This document shows positions 50,915 through 64,000 of a stretch of 64,000 nt of DNA, piece after piece (position 1 is the first letter of the stretch; every line of letters starts with the position of its first letter). The DNA comes from Ylistrum balloti (lineage: Eukaryota). The translations under genes were made by a program, and so were the position numbers. The notes below the pieces were generated by a model, which was not told where the DNA came from, searched no databases, and saw only the letters and a list, made by a program, of their open reading frames with translations. The stretch lies in NCBI RefSeq assembly GCF_031769215.1, contig NW_026783003.1, forward strand, positions 62,001 through 126,000. The letters run 5' to 3'.

Positions 50915-50976
<62 letters not shown>
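50900..50976. repeat. (GA)n microsatellite
   Basis: Direct inspection. Confidence 0.97.
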
Positions 50977-52764
50977 CTGGCGTTGTGCTGACAAACGGCA
51001 GACTGGATTTATCACAGGTTATGACTTCAAATACTTCCTATTTTACCCCCATGAAGTGTTGCATTGTCTTTATCTGAAATCACACCCCTTTAAATATCAA
51101 TGTTACGATTTATCAAATTATAATCAAATTCGATTCCAAGAGATAAGACAAAATAAGATATTCTAAACACACACTGCGCAATGAAATGGTGTAGGCCTCA
51201 TCGCTCAGGTGATGTAAATTGATAGCAAGTTATCTCCTTACTTGAATTTTCCACTTATTTAAAAAATCTAGATATGTTATCTTAAGCCTATGTTAATAAT
51301 TGTGAAAGGTTAGACGAAATGACACGTCTAACAAAAGTTTAGGATTCCGCACAAATCATGTTCAGACTTGTGGGTAGGGAGTGGTAATTTCATTAGAAAT
51401 CGATTACCTCGGAAATCGGTCATGTGTGTTGGTATAACATACACAAGCAAGTTTTGTGATTTGATAAGCCGGATGTGGCGCATAGGGAAATCAAAAATAC
51501 GACACTCTGTCATGGAGTTTTAAATAATTAACAAAAACATACATCTGAACGATACAGCATGGTCTATCGTGAGAATTACTCGAGAGAGAGAGAGTCTACA
51601 GTCGCTATGAAGAAAATAGTTCGATTTTTTACCTTATTTCTGTCTATCTTTTGTTTGTTTGACTGGGTTGTTATTGTACTGACGGTGGTACAAAGGACTC
51701 TCTCTCATTTACATGCAATGCTATAGAATCATTGTTAACATAACAATGATTGTGAACGACTGTTTGTGCTCTTTTAATAACAATGAATTAAGTAACTAGA
51801 AGTCTGATGTGAGACTCAAAGTAAAATGTGACCGCTTGATTTAAGTTGAGGTGGTCTGGGTTGCTGATCACGTAGCGTCTCTCACTAGGGTTTTATTCTG
51901 GATGCATCAGTCCGAACGAGCAGATTTTTTTTTCTTTTCTGGGAATTTTAGATTCCTTACAAGCAAAGGAAATAAAAAAAAATCAAATATATATTTTAGC
52001 ATATCATTAAGATATCAAGGTGTCATCTGTCCTCTTTTTCTCGGAAAGCCTAAAAACAAACAAACCCGGTTAGTCACTTTTTCCTAACAACGAAATACGG
52101 AATATATTGTTAGTAAAATGCATTATATTTACACAAAATTTAATGAGAGATTTATATCGTATTTACTTTAAATATTTGAATTTTAATATTTTGAGACACT
52201 CAATCAAACCATTGGCAATACACCTTCTAATATAGGATGAAAATCTCACTAGTAGGCTATAGTGAAAAACGGAACCGGTGAGGAACTTCCGATATTTAAC
52301 ATGACAATTCAGTTTATTAGGTGTGCAAATACGTATTAGTTATGGATGGTCTGATCTTTATGAAGCAGTTAAGATATCAATGAATCTCTATATCTACAGA
52401 TAGATTTCCGACTTACTTAAATATTTAAATCACGTTTTCAATAGACTATCAAATCAGCCACATCTTTAATTAAAAAATAAACAACAGTACACTGAGACTT
52501 ACTAACAGTTATAGATAGGGATTCACGTACGAATGGAGCCACATGTGCAGCTAAAACGGTCACCCACTTAAGGTGAAATGATTGTTGGTGTACAATACAA
52601 TTACTCTGATAACACAGATTTTAAGTTTTGACATTTGCACAGTCACAAAAAAATCATTTCACACATGAGTACGTTCCACTAAGTTGCGGTTTTCTGTAAT
52701 GTAGATAGCATGTACTATAAAGGGTTCCATGCAAATCATCAAAATTTTATTAGAATTAAGAATG

Positions 52765-52897
52765 GTTAAGTGGCGCAGTGGTAACACTCTCGTCTCTCGC
52801 CTAGACGTCCGTAGTTCGATTCCCCTTCCGGACGTGAAAAAGATATGGTAAGGGGATCACCTGCCCAACCACGTGTATTCCGATTGCTTCCCACAAT
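52765..52897 (+). mobile_element. tRNA-derived SINE, 5' part
   Basis: A box TGGCGCAGTGG at 52771, B box GTTCGATTCC at 52814, then tattccgattgcttcccaca resembling the V-SINE-type central motif TACTCCGGTTTCCTCCCACA. Confidence 0.65.
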
Positions 52898-53760
52898 TCA
52901 ACAGTTCAGTTGTTAGTTGTCTGTCGGTTTATCAGCATGTGCATGCACAACCGTTTATAATACAATAACATGAAGTACGTAATTGAAGACATGTCATAGA
53001 GAATGATTATTATGGACAATATGCTTATCACCAGTAACATATCTACAAAACATAAATGGGTCCGATACGTGTTACAATCAGACATAGCAGAAATGCTAAT
53101 GCTCAATTATTTCATCTGTTTGCTCTTGGCTAAGAAGCGGCAATGAAATATTTAGTTGTTAATATTTTTCATATTTTTGTAAAATTTTTAATAATAGTGT
53201 AGATTTATTGTGTTGAACTTAGATTGTAGGGTACTATTAATGTAACGTAATCTGAGCTCATGGTAAAATGAACAAAAAACAATGAAATGTAATTTGTCTT
53301 CTATATCTCTTACACTTAAAACATAATAGCTTGTTTTTATGGATCATTTTATATCCGTCTCTTTCTACAAGTAGATCGTTAGACGAAATGGTAAGCTAAA
53401 TTTTACAATAATCAAAATACACGACACTCTTAAAGAATTCCTTAGATAAGATTGTAGACAATTTACCTCAGGCAGATGTTGACGCAAAAAACATTTGGAA
53501 GAATTTTCAAATTGATTATTTAACTTCTGTACAAAAGCATCAATTAAACGCTGGGTAAACATTTGATATAAATAAATGATTATGTACAACATTCTAATTA
53601 AACCAAACCGAAATCCAAAACCTTGAGTCATTATCTTTTTTCACTAATATAGTTAACATTTTTATCGCAGTACGGTCCCTCACGCGTTACCATCAGCGCT
53701 GTCAAGATTGATTGATTATTTAAGTTAAAGTGCAGTGTAATTGAAATTCATCTTTAGATA

Positions 53761-53763
<3 letters not shown>

Positions 53764-53836
<73 letters not shown>
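53764..53836. repeat. Compound (TA)n(TG)n microsatellite
   Basis: Direct inspection. Confidence 0.97.
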
Positions 53837-54879
53837 TTTAATAGGGAAGTCACTTACACGTAAGTTTGTCAGAGTGACTGAATAAAACCTTAAGAAAGCT
53901 AATTTCCCCATTATTTTTTTTTAATTCGCGAACTTGCGATCATAAAGAAAAGATGGTTTGTTTTATCAGCTCACGCTGACAGAGACATTTGAAATGGGTT
54001 GTGAACTTTCTTTTGTCATTGCAAATATGGTATCAATCATCAGCGCCTAGTTGATTCCCAGAAAGTCAATTTCATAAACTATGATGTTGGGATAAGATAT
54101 GTCTGTATATTTTGGTGTTTGTCAGGCGTTTCGTAACATTTTGACACGACACAGAAACCTTTAAAAACAGAAGATAGATTTGTAGCATTAAATACAAGGC
54201 AGTATTATTAGTTGATTTTCGCATTCCTTCGTCGTAACAGCAGATTTCACTATAGTTGTTGTGGATTTGTGCAACTTTTACGACAACGTACGTTTATTTG
54301 TTTCCTGGGTTTATCGCCCCGTGAACAACTAGGACCACATTAATGGAGTCTCCCTATAGTAAGTGGTGACCACCTCACTGAATAACATACAGAAGGACCA
54401 TCGCATGTTATCCAAGGCAATTAGGCTAAAGTATTTTTTCCAAGAAACAGCTTTCAGCATCTTGAAAAAAGACCTCAACCGCCGCCATTAGGGATTCTCA
54501 AACTACGTAAGTAATTCTGATATATGTACTTGAAGATAGTTCATGATTCCAGTTAGAATTTCGTGTCATGTTCTAAACTCTGCCTGCAATGAAATATCGG
54601 GTTCAATACCAGGTAATAGGTACTTGCTAAATATGCCAGCTTCCTGGTATTTAATTGTGTGTGTCACCTGTTAACGTATACTTTATCCATCGTGTATTCT
54701 ACTATTTTGTTATTTGGTCCGAGACGTAACGGTAGATTCTGGCACCAACTGATTTGTAATGTTTTAAAATGTATTTATAAATACATAAAATCCATTATAT
54801 TAATAGGTTTAATAAAAGGATGACATCGTACTTTACGCATACATTCCTATACATTCCTATACAAGTTCACGAATACATG

Positions 54880-55710
54880 CACTGGCGTAGGCAAGGGGGG
54901 GGGAGGGCAACTGCCCCCCTCCCCCCCCTCCCCAATTGTCCCAGAGGTGACTTTTGTGAAACGTGTAAATCCCCGTTGAGTTTTTTTTTTATGGGGGGGG
55001 GGGGGGGGGGGGGGGGGGGGCATTCTTTCGTTTTCTGCATCTGTATTTTTCATATCTATATTTCAGTGATTTCATCGATTCTACTTGCATTCTGTCGAAA
55101 CTAACACCACACAAACTACACTCAGCTCAGGTAACAGAATCAGAACTCTCACTTTCCCGTTAGCCGCGATGGAAACGGATGCAACACATTGTTTGACAGG
55201 TCAGATTACATTCATTGGACACAGAACGTCTTGTAACTAAATGTGAAGGCTCATAGAAGATTATGTCTTCTCTAAAACTGAAAAGTCTGCATTTACCTGA
55301 ATATGATTTTTTTTGAAACGAGACAGCTTTGAGCTTGAATATTGTTGATCAAAAAGAAAACGCCAGCTAACTCTCCATTTGACCCTAACCAACTCGGTTT
55401 TTTTTTACCTGAGAGGTATTCTATGCTGATTTTTGATGTTTATGTTTGTTGTCATTTACTGATATTTCTTACTGACTGTTATGTACATGTAGTCCGACAT
55501 TATTTTGTTTCCATTTGTATCTTTTCTAACTTTGATTTATTTCAATATATTATATCGACTTTTCCCAGTATTATTGTGTCGTTATTTTCCTTCAAAATAC
55601 GCTCATAATGCAGGAAATGGAGCCAAAATTTTCAAAATTTTCTAGGGGAGGGCCCCCAGACCCCTCGCCAAAGCTTCGCGCTTTCGGCTCTCGCGACGCA
55701 CGGCTTCGGT
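54880..55710 (+). mobile_element. Partial MITE-like element(s) related to 44332-44507; contains a T10 tract and a G28 tract
   Basis: CACTGGCGTAGG start; G run at 54993-55020; ggggagggcccccagacccc motif near 55645; no right TIR found. Confidence 0.4.
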
Positions 55711-57921
55711 TACTCTTAGAAGTTACTATATGTCAGTAAGAACACGGATTTTAGATTAATTTTAAGTTCGTGATAAGAGATACGGCACATGTAATATCAA
55801 AAATCATAATTTTAAAAATACGTTCAGTTTTCCCTTCATCGGAGTAAGAACCTTTGCCACTTTTAAATCAAATATATGACCGTAGAGTTAAGAATTCGTG
55901 CTAAGTCTGTGTCCCGAAAGGGCCCTTCACCGCCGCAATCTAACCGTGTTCTCGGATAACAACAAGGTAAGGTATTACGAAATAACCTGTCCCAGCTGAA
56001 AAACTACAAGAAGACAACATATCTTTATTTCTTATTTATATTCATGATATCAAGAATGTTATATCGTTTTGAAAATGAATAGCATACAAGATCACTTGAA
56101 AAAGTAAAAAGGGTTGATTAGTTGCGTTTAAATTGTTGTTACGCACGCCGACGGTCTTGTTTGAGATATTTATGGATTTTCCCAGGTCGTTTGAATGGGT
56201 GTGGCGGACACAGTACAGAGGATAATACTAATATCAGGATGTCCGGTTCTACCTCAACTCCAACTCGGTCAGAAGGGGAAAAACTGCGAACAGTCTTACA
56301 AATTCTATTAGGCAAAATCAAGTAGTGAAACATAAGCTGGTCTTAATGGAACTGTGCATATTGTTGGAAAATGGTAAAAATTGTATTGTTTTGTATGTAC
56401 AGATAATACTAAACTTATAAGATAATAAATTGAATGGATTTAAAATTACATCCGATATTTATTAACATCGTAAACATAGTTAAGCATAATTATCCTGCCA
56501 AATCCGACCACGTGATCTCAATATCTAAAATTTACTGTTGTCAATTCAATCCAATCTATTTTCCTTTGTCGTGTTTAAGGTATAGAGAAAGATGTTTACA
56601 AAGCAATATGTCATTGTTCAGCAGTTGTGTGATAAAACATGAAAACCTGTTTCGTTTACTATCCCAGTACTATTGTTACACGTCTAAATCTCCGTCGGGC
56701 TGGTCACACAACTTCAGGGAATTAAAACACGTTTGACTTTTGTCTAACTGTATGGCTTAATGTATCTGACGATTCAAATAAACTTCCAGTATAGACAAGT
56801 GTGATACTAACGATAAAAAATAGCATTTTCTACTCTTACTTGGATCATAAATAAAGTTACGATATTTTTTTCAGTTGGGGGTTTACTGGCGAGTCCTTCG
56901 AAACAACTGACCATATGCACTCATAAATGAAATATTATATTTTATTCAACAGATATTGTTGAACTGAATTGTAACACTCTGAGTTTTATAATAATCACTG
57001 AACGTGGTTATTATTTGTTTGTGATTTTGAACATGGATATTAATGCTATCACGGATTCAAATTCGAAGCAAGTCCGACATGTTATGATGTGTAACCTCTA
57101 TGACTGGCCCCTTTCTACCTGTGGGCTCGCGTGCCTACAACTCGATAACCGCTAAGGGGACGTTACCCATGGTATCCCGTAGAAATAGCTTCATATGTTT
57201 TCGTTGTTTTGTTTCTGCTTTGTTAATTCAATAGAACTGTTAACCCTACTTAGTTATCACAACTTTTATGTTTAAATATCTTCCTTTAGATTCTATTTGT
57301 TGTGTTGTTTCCAGGTTATATTATTTAATTAGTTACGTTGATGTCCAATTGAATACTTTTGGTCCTTTACGTAACGATAGACCTGTCTTATTGTGATAGT
57401 GCACCCAGTCACGAACAAAAAACAGGTAAACGTCGTAGCTGTCATTCTGTTCACTGTATTATCTGTATTGTCTAAGTATTTCGATAAATATTTTTGTACA
57501 TTCTTAACGTGCTTCAATTCATACAAAAATCCCCTAAAACTCCTATAATTTTTTTTACTTGTTTCTTATTTTATCGTATGTAAATCCCTTCCATTCCTTA
57601 CGTTAGAACGTTCATTTAATGATTGATACAAGAATGAAACATTAACAACATGTCAGGTGAAAAGTTAAATTTTATGTATGGTTAAATATGGTAACCTACA
57701 AGCCTACCTAGCCTCTCCTACTTAAACCACTGACGCTGTGATGAGAGGGATGATCAAATGAGTCATGTTAAGATAGAAGAGGTTTTATAAAATAGCACCA
57801 GATTCGTAATTGGATATTGAAAAAACGAATCAGCTGGGTTAAACAAGCATTTTCTTTTTAATTCTAATGATATATCTATGATAGGTTTGGGATTTATGTA
57901 AATGATATTTTTGTGACTTAC

Positions 57922-58037
57922 CCTGGACCGTGAATAAAGAACGAATATGGATAAGGGAAATCAATCGCTTCGCTCCTTCTAATGAGAATGAACACCGACC
58001 ACGTGATAGTCCAGATGATCAGGGTCACTTTTCCCAT
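57922..58037 (-). CDS. Candidate alternative first exon (second signal peptide) of the same gene
   Basis: MGKVTLIIWTITWSVFILIRRSEA-IDFPYPYSFFIHGP, then GG|gtaagt; phase 2 and GPG junction as in exon 1; too short for the ORF track. Confidence 0.65.
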
Positions 58038-58501
58038 GAGGATCAATATTGTCTCCGTACCAGTTCGCCAGAAAAAAAAGAAAGCTCTCGCAGCTTGTCT
58101 GAGGGTGTTACCACCACGCCACCCCGAGCGTTTTCTTCACCAAAAATATAAACTCTTGAAAGTTTGTTTCTGGATTATTTCAAAACTCTGCAACACAACA
58201 CGAATTTACCTCCAATAGAACGTATCATCATATAATCCAAATGTCCTGTATACACACAGTATCACACAAAATTTTACATGACAATCACGACTAACGAATC
58301 AAAAATGAAAGTGATAACATTAAAGATTCCTGGTACTAATCCATATCATTTGTGTAAAAATCTATCCACTGTATCCTCTGTAATTAGTTGCTTCGAAATC
58401 ACTGTCCACCGCCCATCTCCCAACAGTACAGTTAAATCGCCTGTTGATATTACATGTCCGTTTCAACAGCATTTCCTTATTTATGGTCGTTCGTCAACAA
58501 G

Positions 58502-58739
58502 CCAATCGGGGAATCACCACAGACCGTGACGACAACTCAAGCAGACCCCCTAGGCGTGCACAGATCAATAGACTATGCCAATCAAAACACCTGTAGTAGC
58601 ATGCTTTTAAGACCCTGCCCCAGATCCGTGACGGGGTCAAATGTAACCGGTTCGTTTTTATACAACCACTAAAATTCGTTTATTGCTTACTCAGATGATA
58701 ACAAAGCATTACACAATATTGTTTGCACACTGACGTCAG
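58502..58739. promoter_or_regulatory. Putative distal promoter: two CCAAT boxes plus a CRE
   Basis: GCCAATC with CCAAT at 58502 and 58578; TGACGTCA at 58731-58738; upstream of the candidate alternative exon. Confidence 0.4.
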
Positions 58740-59064
58740 TAAATAGCAGAAATTTTGGAGATACGACACACACGGAGTTTTTACATGGAGACACCAGTTG
58801 TTTATTAGATATGTCATAATTTTCTATCAATTATTAATATGTATCCTTTTAGTTTTGATAACAAGATGCTATTAAATGTATTGACACAATACGCGACTTG
58901 GAAATAAATGACATTGAAAGGCTTTAACTGTACAATAGGATACCTTTAAATTATAAATAATGTAAAAATCTAACCATTAACTATGTTAACGTAACTAGAT
59001 AAAGAAGATCACTTCCACCAGTATTACAGAAGTGCTTTAATCCGCTGGATAATTTGTTCATGAG

Positions 59065-59795
59065 ATGAAACTAAACCCCAAAATGTCCCCAACGTAACTT
59101 ATATATATATCATGGGACTAACACCCCAAAATGTCCCTAACGTAACTTATATATATCATGGGACTACACCCCAAAATGTCCTCAACGTAACTTATATATA
59201 TCATGGGACTAAAGCCCCACAATGTCCTCAACGTAACTTGTATAGATTATGTGACTAAAACCCCAAAATGTCCCGAACGTAACTTATATATATCATGGGA
59301 CTACAGCCCCAAAATGTCCCGAACGTAACTTATATATATCATGGGACTAAAGCCCCAAAATATCCCGAACGTAACTTATATATATCATGGGACTAAAGCC
59401 CCAAAATATCCCGAACGTAACTTATATATATCATGGGACTACAGCCCCAAAATGTCCCGAACGTAACTTATATATATCATGGGACTAAAACCCCAAAATG
59501 TCCTCAACGTAACTTATATATATCATGGGACTAAAGCCCCACAATGTCCTCAACGTAACTTATATAGATTATGTGACTAAAACCCCAAAATGTCCCGAAC
59601 GTAACTTATATATATCATGGGACTACAGCCCCAAAATGTCCCGAACGTAACTTATATATATCATGGGACTAAAGCCCCAAAATATCCCGAACGTAACTTA
59701 TATATATCATGGGACTAAAGCCCCAAAATATCCCGAACGTAACTTATATAGATCATGGGACTAAAACCCAAAAATGTCACCAAAGTAACTTATAT
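59065..59795. repeat. ~46-bp minisatellite, about 16 copies
   Basis: atgggactaaagccccaaaatgtcccgaacgtaacttatatatatc; a 322-bp block is duplicated. Confidence 0.93.
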
Positions 59796-60850
59796 ATATT
59801 GGGAAACGAACCAGCAAAATCATCTAAAAATATGACATTGAATCCCATAAGTAACCTCACCCCCACCCACCCCCACCCCACCCAGATAACTTACATACGT
59901 CATGGTATTGAAGTCCCAAAATAACTGATAATTAATGCATATTCTATCAATTAAGCCGAAAATACCCTCAATATACGTAATAATTAATATATATATCATG
60001 ACATTTAGGCTTTTCCCATGGTATCTATTTATACATTAAACATAATCTGGCAAGGTGTCGATGAGTCATAAACTAGAGACATATAGTGTAGAGTTATCAA
60101 TAAATATCAATAGGTTGAAATTAAAGACTTAATTCCCCTTATCCAACCGGTATGGCGCCTGATCTTTGTATGTACATGTATTTTTAAAAAGTTCATAACA
60201 AATAAATGATGTTTATAAGTTATTGGTAATGCGTATGCTTACTTGAGAAAGTCAAGCTGTTTGTTGTTATTGGAAACAATAATTATTTACCAAATTGGGT
60301 TAAACATCAGTCAACATATTAAGACGAATAAATTGACCGATAGTTTAATGTTGTCACGAACTTGCTGTAAGCTGCTGTGATAATGTTAGCTCTACCCGGA
60401 TGTCGTCAATGATCTACATATTTATAATACCGTGTCTGTATCATCAGTCATTGTAAGTGACAACACGATACAGTAAATAAACATTCTATGACTTTTATAA
60501 TAGTCACACGCCAACGAATTCATTACAATGCCAAGCCGATATGTCAGGCTGTCACCACGTCAAGTAACCAGAGTTGTTTTGATAAATATCATCATTTACT
60601 GCCGATATTGATAACTATTAAGCAATAATTAGTACTCTGTTAAGGCTAAAGCTGGTTATAAACCGTAGAACATTAAATAGGATACGGTATAAAGCGAAAT
60701 TCGTTACCCTTAACTACTGATATGATATAATACCATATAAAGACTGATTTCAATACGATATGATAAAAAACGCTGAATGTGATATCGTATAAAATATTTC
60801 ACTGAATTTGATTAATGTCATTCATTAGAATATAAATATGTAAACTACCA

Positions 60851-61525
60851 TACAAAAGAACGTTGTATGTTATAAGTATGATACAAAAGAACGTTGAATA
60901 TTATAAGTATGATACAAAAGAACGTTGAATATTATAAGTATGATACAAAAGAACGTTGAATGTTTTAAGAATAATACAAAAGAACGTTGAATATTATAAG
61001 TATGATACAAAAGAACGTTGAATATTAGAAATATGATACAAAAGAACGTTGTATATTATAAGTTTGATACAAAAGAACGTTGTATGTTATAAGTATTATA
61101 AAAAGAACGTTGAATATTATAAGTATGATACAAAAGAACGTTGAATGTTTTAAGAATAATACAAAAGAACGTTGAATATTATAAGTATGATACAAAAGAA
61201 CGTTGAATATTAGAAATATGATACAAAAGAACGTTGTATATTATAAGTTTGATACAAAAGAACGTTGTATGTTATAAGTATTATAAAAAGAACGTTGAAT
61301 ATTATAAGTATGATACAAAAGAACGTTGAATGTTATACGTATGATACAAAAGAACGTTGTATATTATAAGTATGATACAAAAGAAGGTTGAATATTATAA
61401 GTATGATACAAAAGAAGGTTGTATATTATAAGTATGATACAAAAGAACGTTGAATGTTATACGCATGATACAAAAGAACGTTGTATATTATAAGTATGAT
61501 ACAAAAGAAGGTTGAATATTATATA
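60851..61525. repeat. 31-bp minisatellite, about 22 copies
   Basis: tacaaaagaacgttgaatattataagtatga; a 185-bp block is duplicated. Confidence 0.95.
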
Positions 61526-63609
61526 ATATCACGTAAAAGAATACTGAATATGATACAATATAACACAATAGAAAACAGAACATGAAACAATATTATATAA
61601 AAATGTTGACGCCCTGTACACAGAAATCATGTAACACGGACAAAGTGCTAGAACTAGGGAGTCATTCTGTGTTATCACTTGTCTTTTTCCAAACCATTTC
61701 TCTGTATCATGGATTAATCAAAATTACAACTTAAATCATATGTTGTTGATTTTAAATGGCGGATTCAAGTAACTGGTTTTGGAATCATCATCATGGTTTT
61801 AACAATAACACAATTCGACTGAAAGACAAGGTTGTTCGATAGAATTATCCCGATATATTACCATTTTGGCAGATTCTTACATCAATAAGTACATTTAAAC
61901 AATGTTGGATCATATGAAAAAAGACGCGTTTATAAATCAATGTATCAATAATTAAATTGGTAATAAACACAGCACAACGTTCAAATGTGAAAATGATTAT
62001 TTGGATACAAATTTAAGTGGTCATCTTGTTCAGTTTCCTATCATGGTGGTCTGTATGGTTAATTCTGCAATGCAAACTCTTTTTGCAGTGGCATTTAGGC
62101 ATGCAGAAACATAAAAGGTTCTAAAAACTGGTTCGTAACCACGACAACAACTGCAAATCAGTACAATTTCGAGCATATGCCTAGATTCCTTCTCTAGTAA
62201 TTCTCTAAGACTACATGTATTAACTTGCAAAGAAGTTGATATTTTGTGAAATATTATTTTTTTTGTTGTTGCTATAGAACTGTCATGCTGAAACATGATC
62301 TTAAGCACACAATTTGGAAAGCTTGTAGTCCCATGTTTCTAAAAGTTAAATGTTTCGTTGGCCTGTGAGTTTTGGGGTTAAGTGATCGATGGTGACATAT
62401 AACGTCAGTATAATACTGACACATTTCTGTTTATATCCATGTTAAAACGAGACGATAACTCTAACCTGATGATGTACAAACACAAATAGAAAACTGTTTT
62501 AGACAGATTGCAAAGGAATTAAAATCGACTTATCTGCATGATTGTACACAAGACACACACATGAATAACAGCTTTCAATAATTTTATTAGATATAGTAGA
62601 GTCAAATAATAAAACTGTATCAGATAGCTGTTCCGTTCTCCTAAGGCTCGTCAATGACGCTAAGGGCCTAATTTGTTGAAACATAGAACATTCAAATTGG
62701 TTGAAATATGAGTTATAAACAAGACGGGAAGATGCAGTAATCCAAACATTCAATAACTGTCGTAATGTTATATAATTTCAAAAGAACATCAGGTATATGT
62801 GCTTTAAACGCATGTTGGCAATAGAACTTTGTGAAACAACCTGCGTACTCATATAGTGGTTAGCAAAATAAGTAATCCACTGCTATCCGTGTATTGAATA
62901 ATTTGTTTCCAAATAGTGACAAAACTTTATCTTTTTAATCTTTTTAATTGCGTTGGTTATTTTGAGTTCGTGTATCTTGAAATACATCTATTGCAAAACT
63001 ATTTCTGAAAAACTACCTTTAAAATTTGCACTTTTATCTTTTATGGCATTTTATTTTATGATGAAAGAAATGTGATTTAAAACGCATAAAAGTGGAAGAA
63101 AATTGAACGTTTCATTTGATAATATGAATGACACGTAGTTTCAGAAGATCCAGAACATCCTTTCACGGTTGGAAATCGTGTCTATTAACATAAACGATGA
63201 ATCCCCACGGCACAATCTACCTGACACAGGTAACATTAACTTGTCACAAGGACATGGAGTGTTTAATTAATCTGTCGTGATTAATTAACATATTTGGTAC
63301 CAGTAACGTCAGTAATCATAACGAGAGTTAATTAATCTTAAGTGGTTGATTGATGCGTTGGTTGCGTTCATATCCCCTAGGATACATGATCTTACTGTTG
63401 TGTATTACGTTGTAGGATTTCTAGTGGTTATTTATCATAAACAAAGAAGAAAATACAACATGTCAATAGAGTCATATTCCAAACTCAAATGCAATACACC
63501 TAGGGAAAAATATGAACAAAAGAAATATTTACACAGAGACCTATGAAAACGTACAAGGAAATTAATACCAGATGTTCCAGAAGAGTAAGCGTTTTCTACT
63601 TCTTTACGA

Positions 63610-63730
63610 CACCAGCCATGTAAATGTTGGGAAATCCAAGTAAGTAATGTCATGTTCCTAAATGAGAACACCAGCCATGTAAATGTTGGGAAATCCAAGT
63701 AAGTAATGTCATGTTCCTAAATGAGAACAC
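63610..63730. repeat. 59-bp tandem duplication
   Basis: caccagccatgtaaatgttgggaaatcc... at 63610 and 63669. Confidence 0.95.
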
Positions 63731-64000
63731 AGCAAACAACAACGGAGCCATCAAACATAGAAACGAGCGAAGAACATGTCCAACTTCATATAACAAAAGG
63801 AAATAGAACATTTCTCTATGAGATTATTATTATAACATATCTAAAACTAACAAACTTCCAGTCAGTTTCATCAACCGCAATCTCTCTCATGAAGATAGAA
63901 AATGCTGCTCTTTATGCGTAAGTATTGCACAAAAGATACACTCGAGAACAACACATCTCCGTACAAATATAGGTGCTGTTCTCTTGTGTATCTTTTGGTC

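Noticed and set aside
52765-52845. Functional tRNA gene
   Set aside because: A and B boxes are present but I could not form convincing acceptor and anticodon stems, and it continues into SINE-like body sequence.
56139-56333. Third signal-peptide-like exon (...ILILVLSSVLCPPHPFKRPG)
   Set aside because: No GT after the PG codons (CCTGGGAAA) and no ATG directly before the hydrophobic run; probably chance, at most a decayed copy.
48701-57900. Short ORFs between the two first exons as a separate gene or paralogue exons
   Set aside because: No recognisable motifs, no EMI/FN3-like peptides and no consistent splice phases; several are microsatellite or homopolymer translations.
61600-64000. Coding sequence at the right end of the window
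   Set aside because: Only short AT-rich ORFs with no motifs; the 63435-63698 ORF reflects the 59-bp duplication.

Overview
AT-rich eukaryotic genomic DNA, probably molluscan/bivalve (inferred from repeat types, not proven). About 75% of the window is one complete minus-strand gene that I reconstructed by hand: 53 GT-AG coding exons from ATG 47616 to TGA 600. All phases are consistent and the exons sum to 10326 nt, giving a protein of about 3441 aa. The architecture is signal peptide, EMI-like domain, EGF/Cys-rich modules, about 17 FN3/Ig-like repeats (motif D-x-T/S-P-P...DG...W-x-G-F-x-D-x-E-S-G...W-A-I-G...Y-x-x-V-x-A-x-N...S-D-G), and one galactose-binding-like (DUF642/CBM4-9-type) insert. 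I found no transmembrane segment, so it looks like a giant secreted protein that I cannot name. A second signal-peptide exon 10.4 kb upstream (57922-58037) ends with the same GPG phase-2 junction as exon 1, which suggests two alternative promoters; both regions contain CACACTGACGTCAG (a CRE). Several introns are filled by minisatellites, and two of these arrays are amplified copies of the exon end plus its splice donor. The rest is intergenic DNA with MITE-, SINE- and Helentron-like repeats, minisatellites and microsatellites. I found no rRNA, intact tRNA or CRISPR array.
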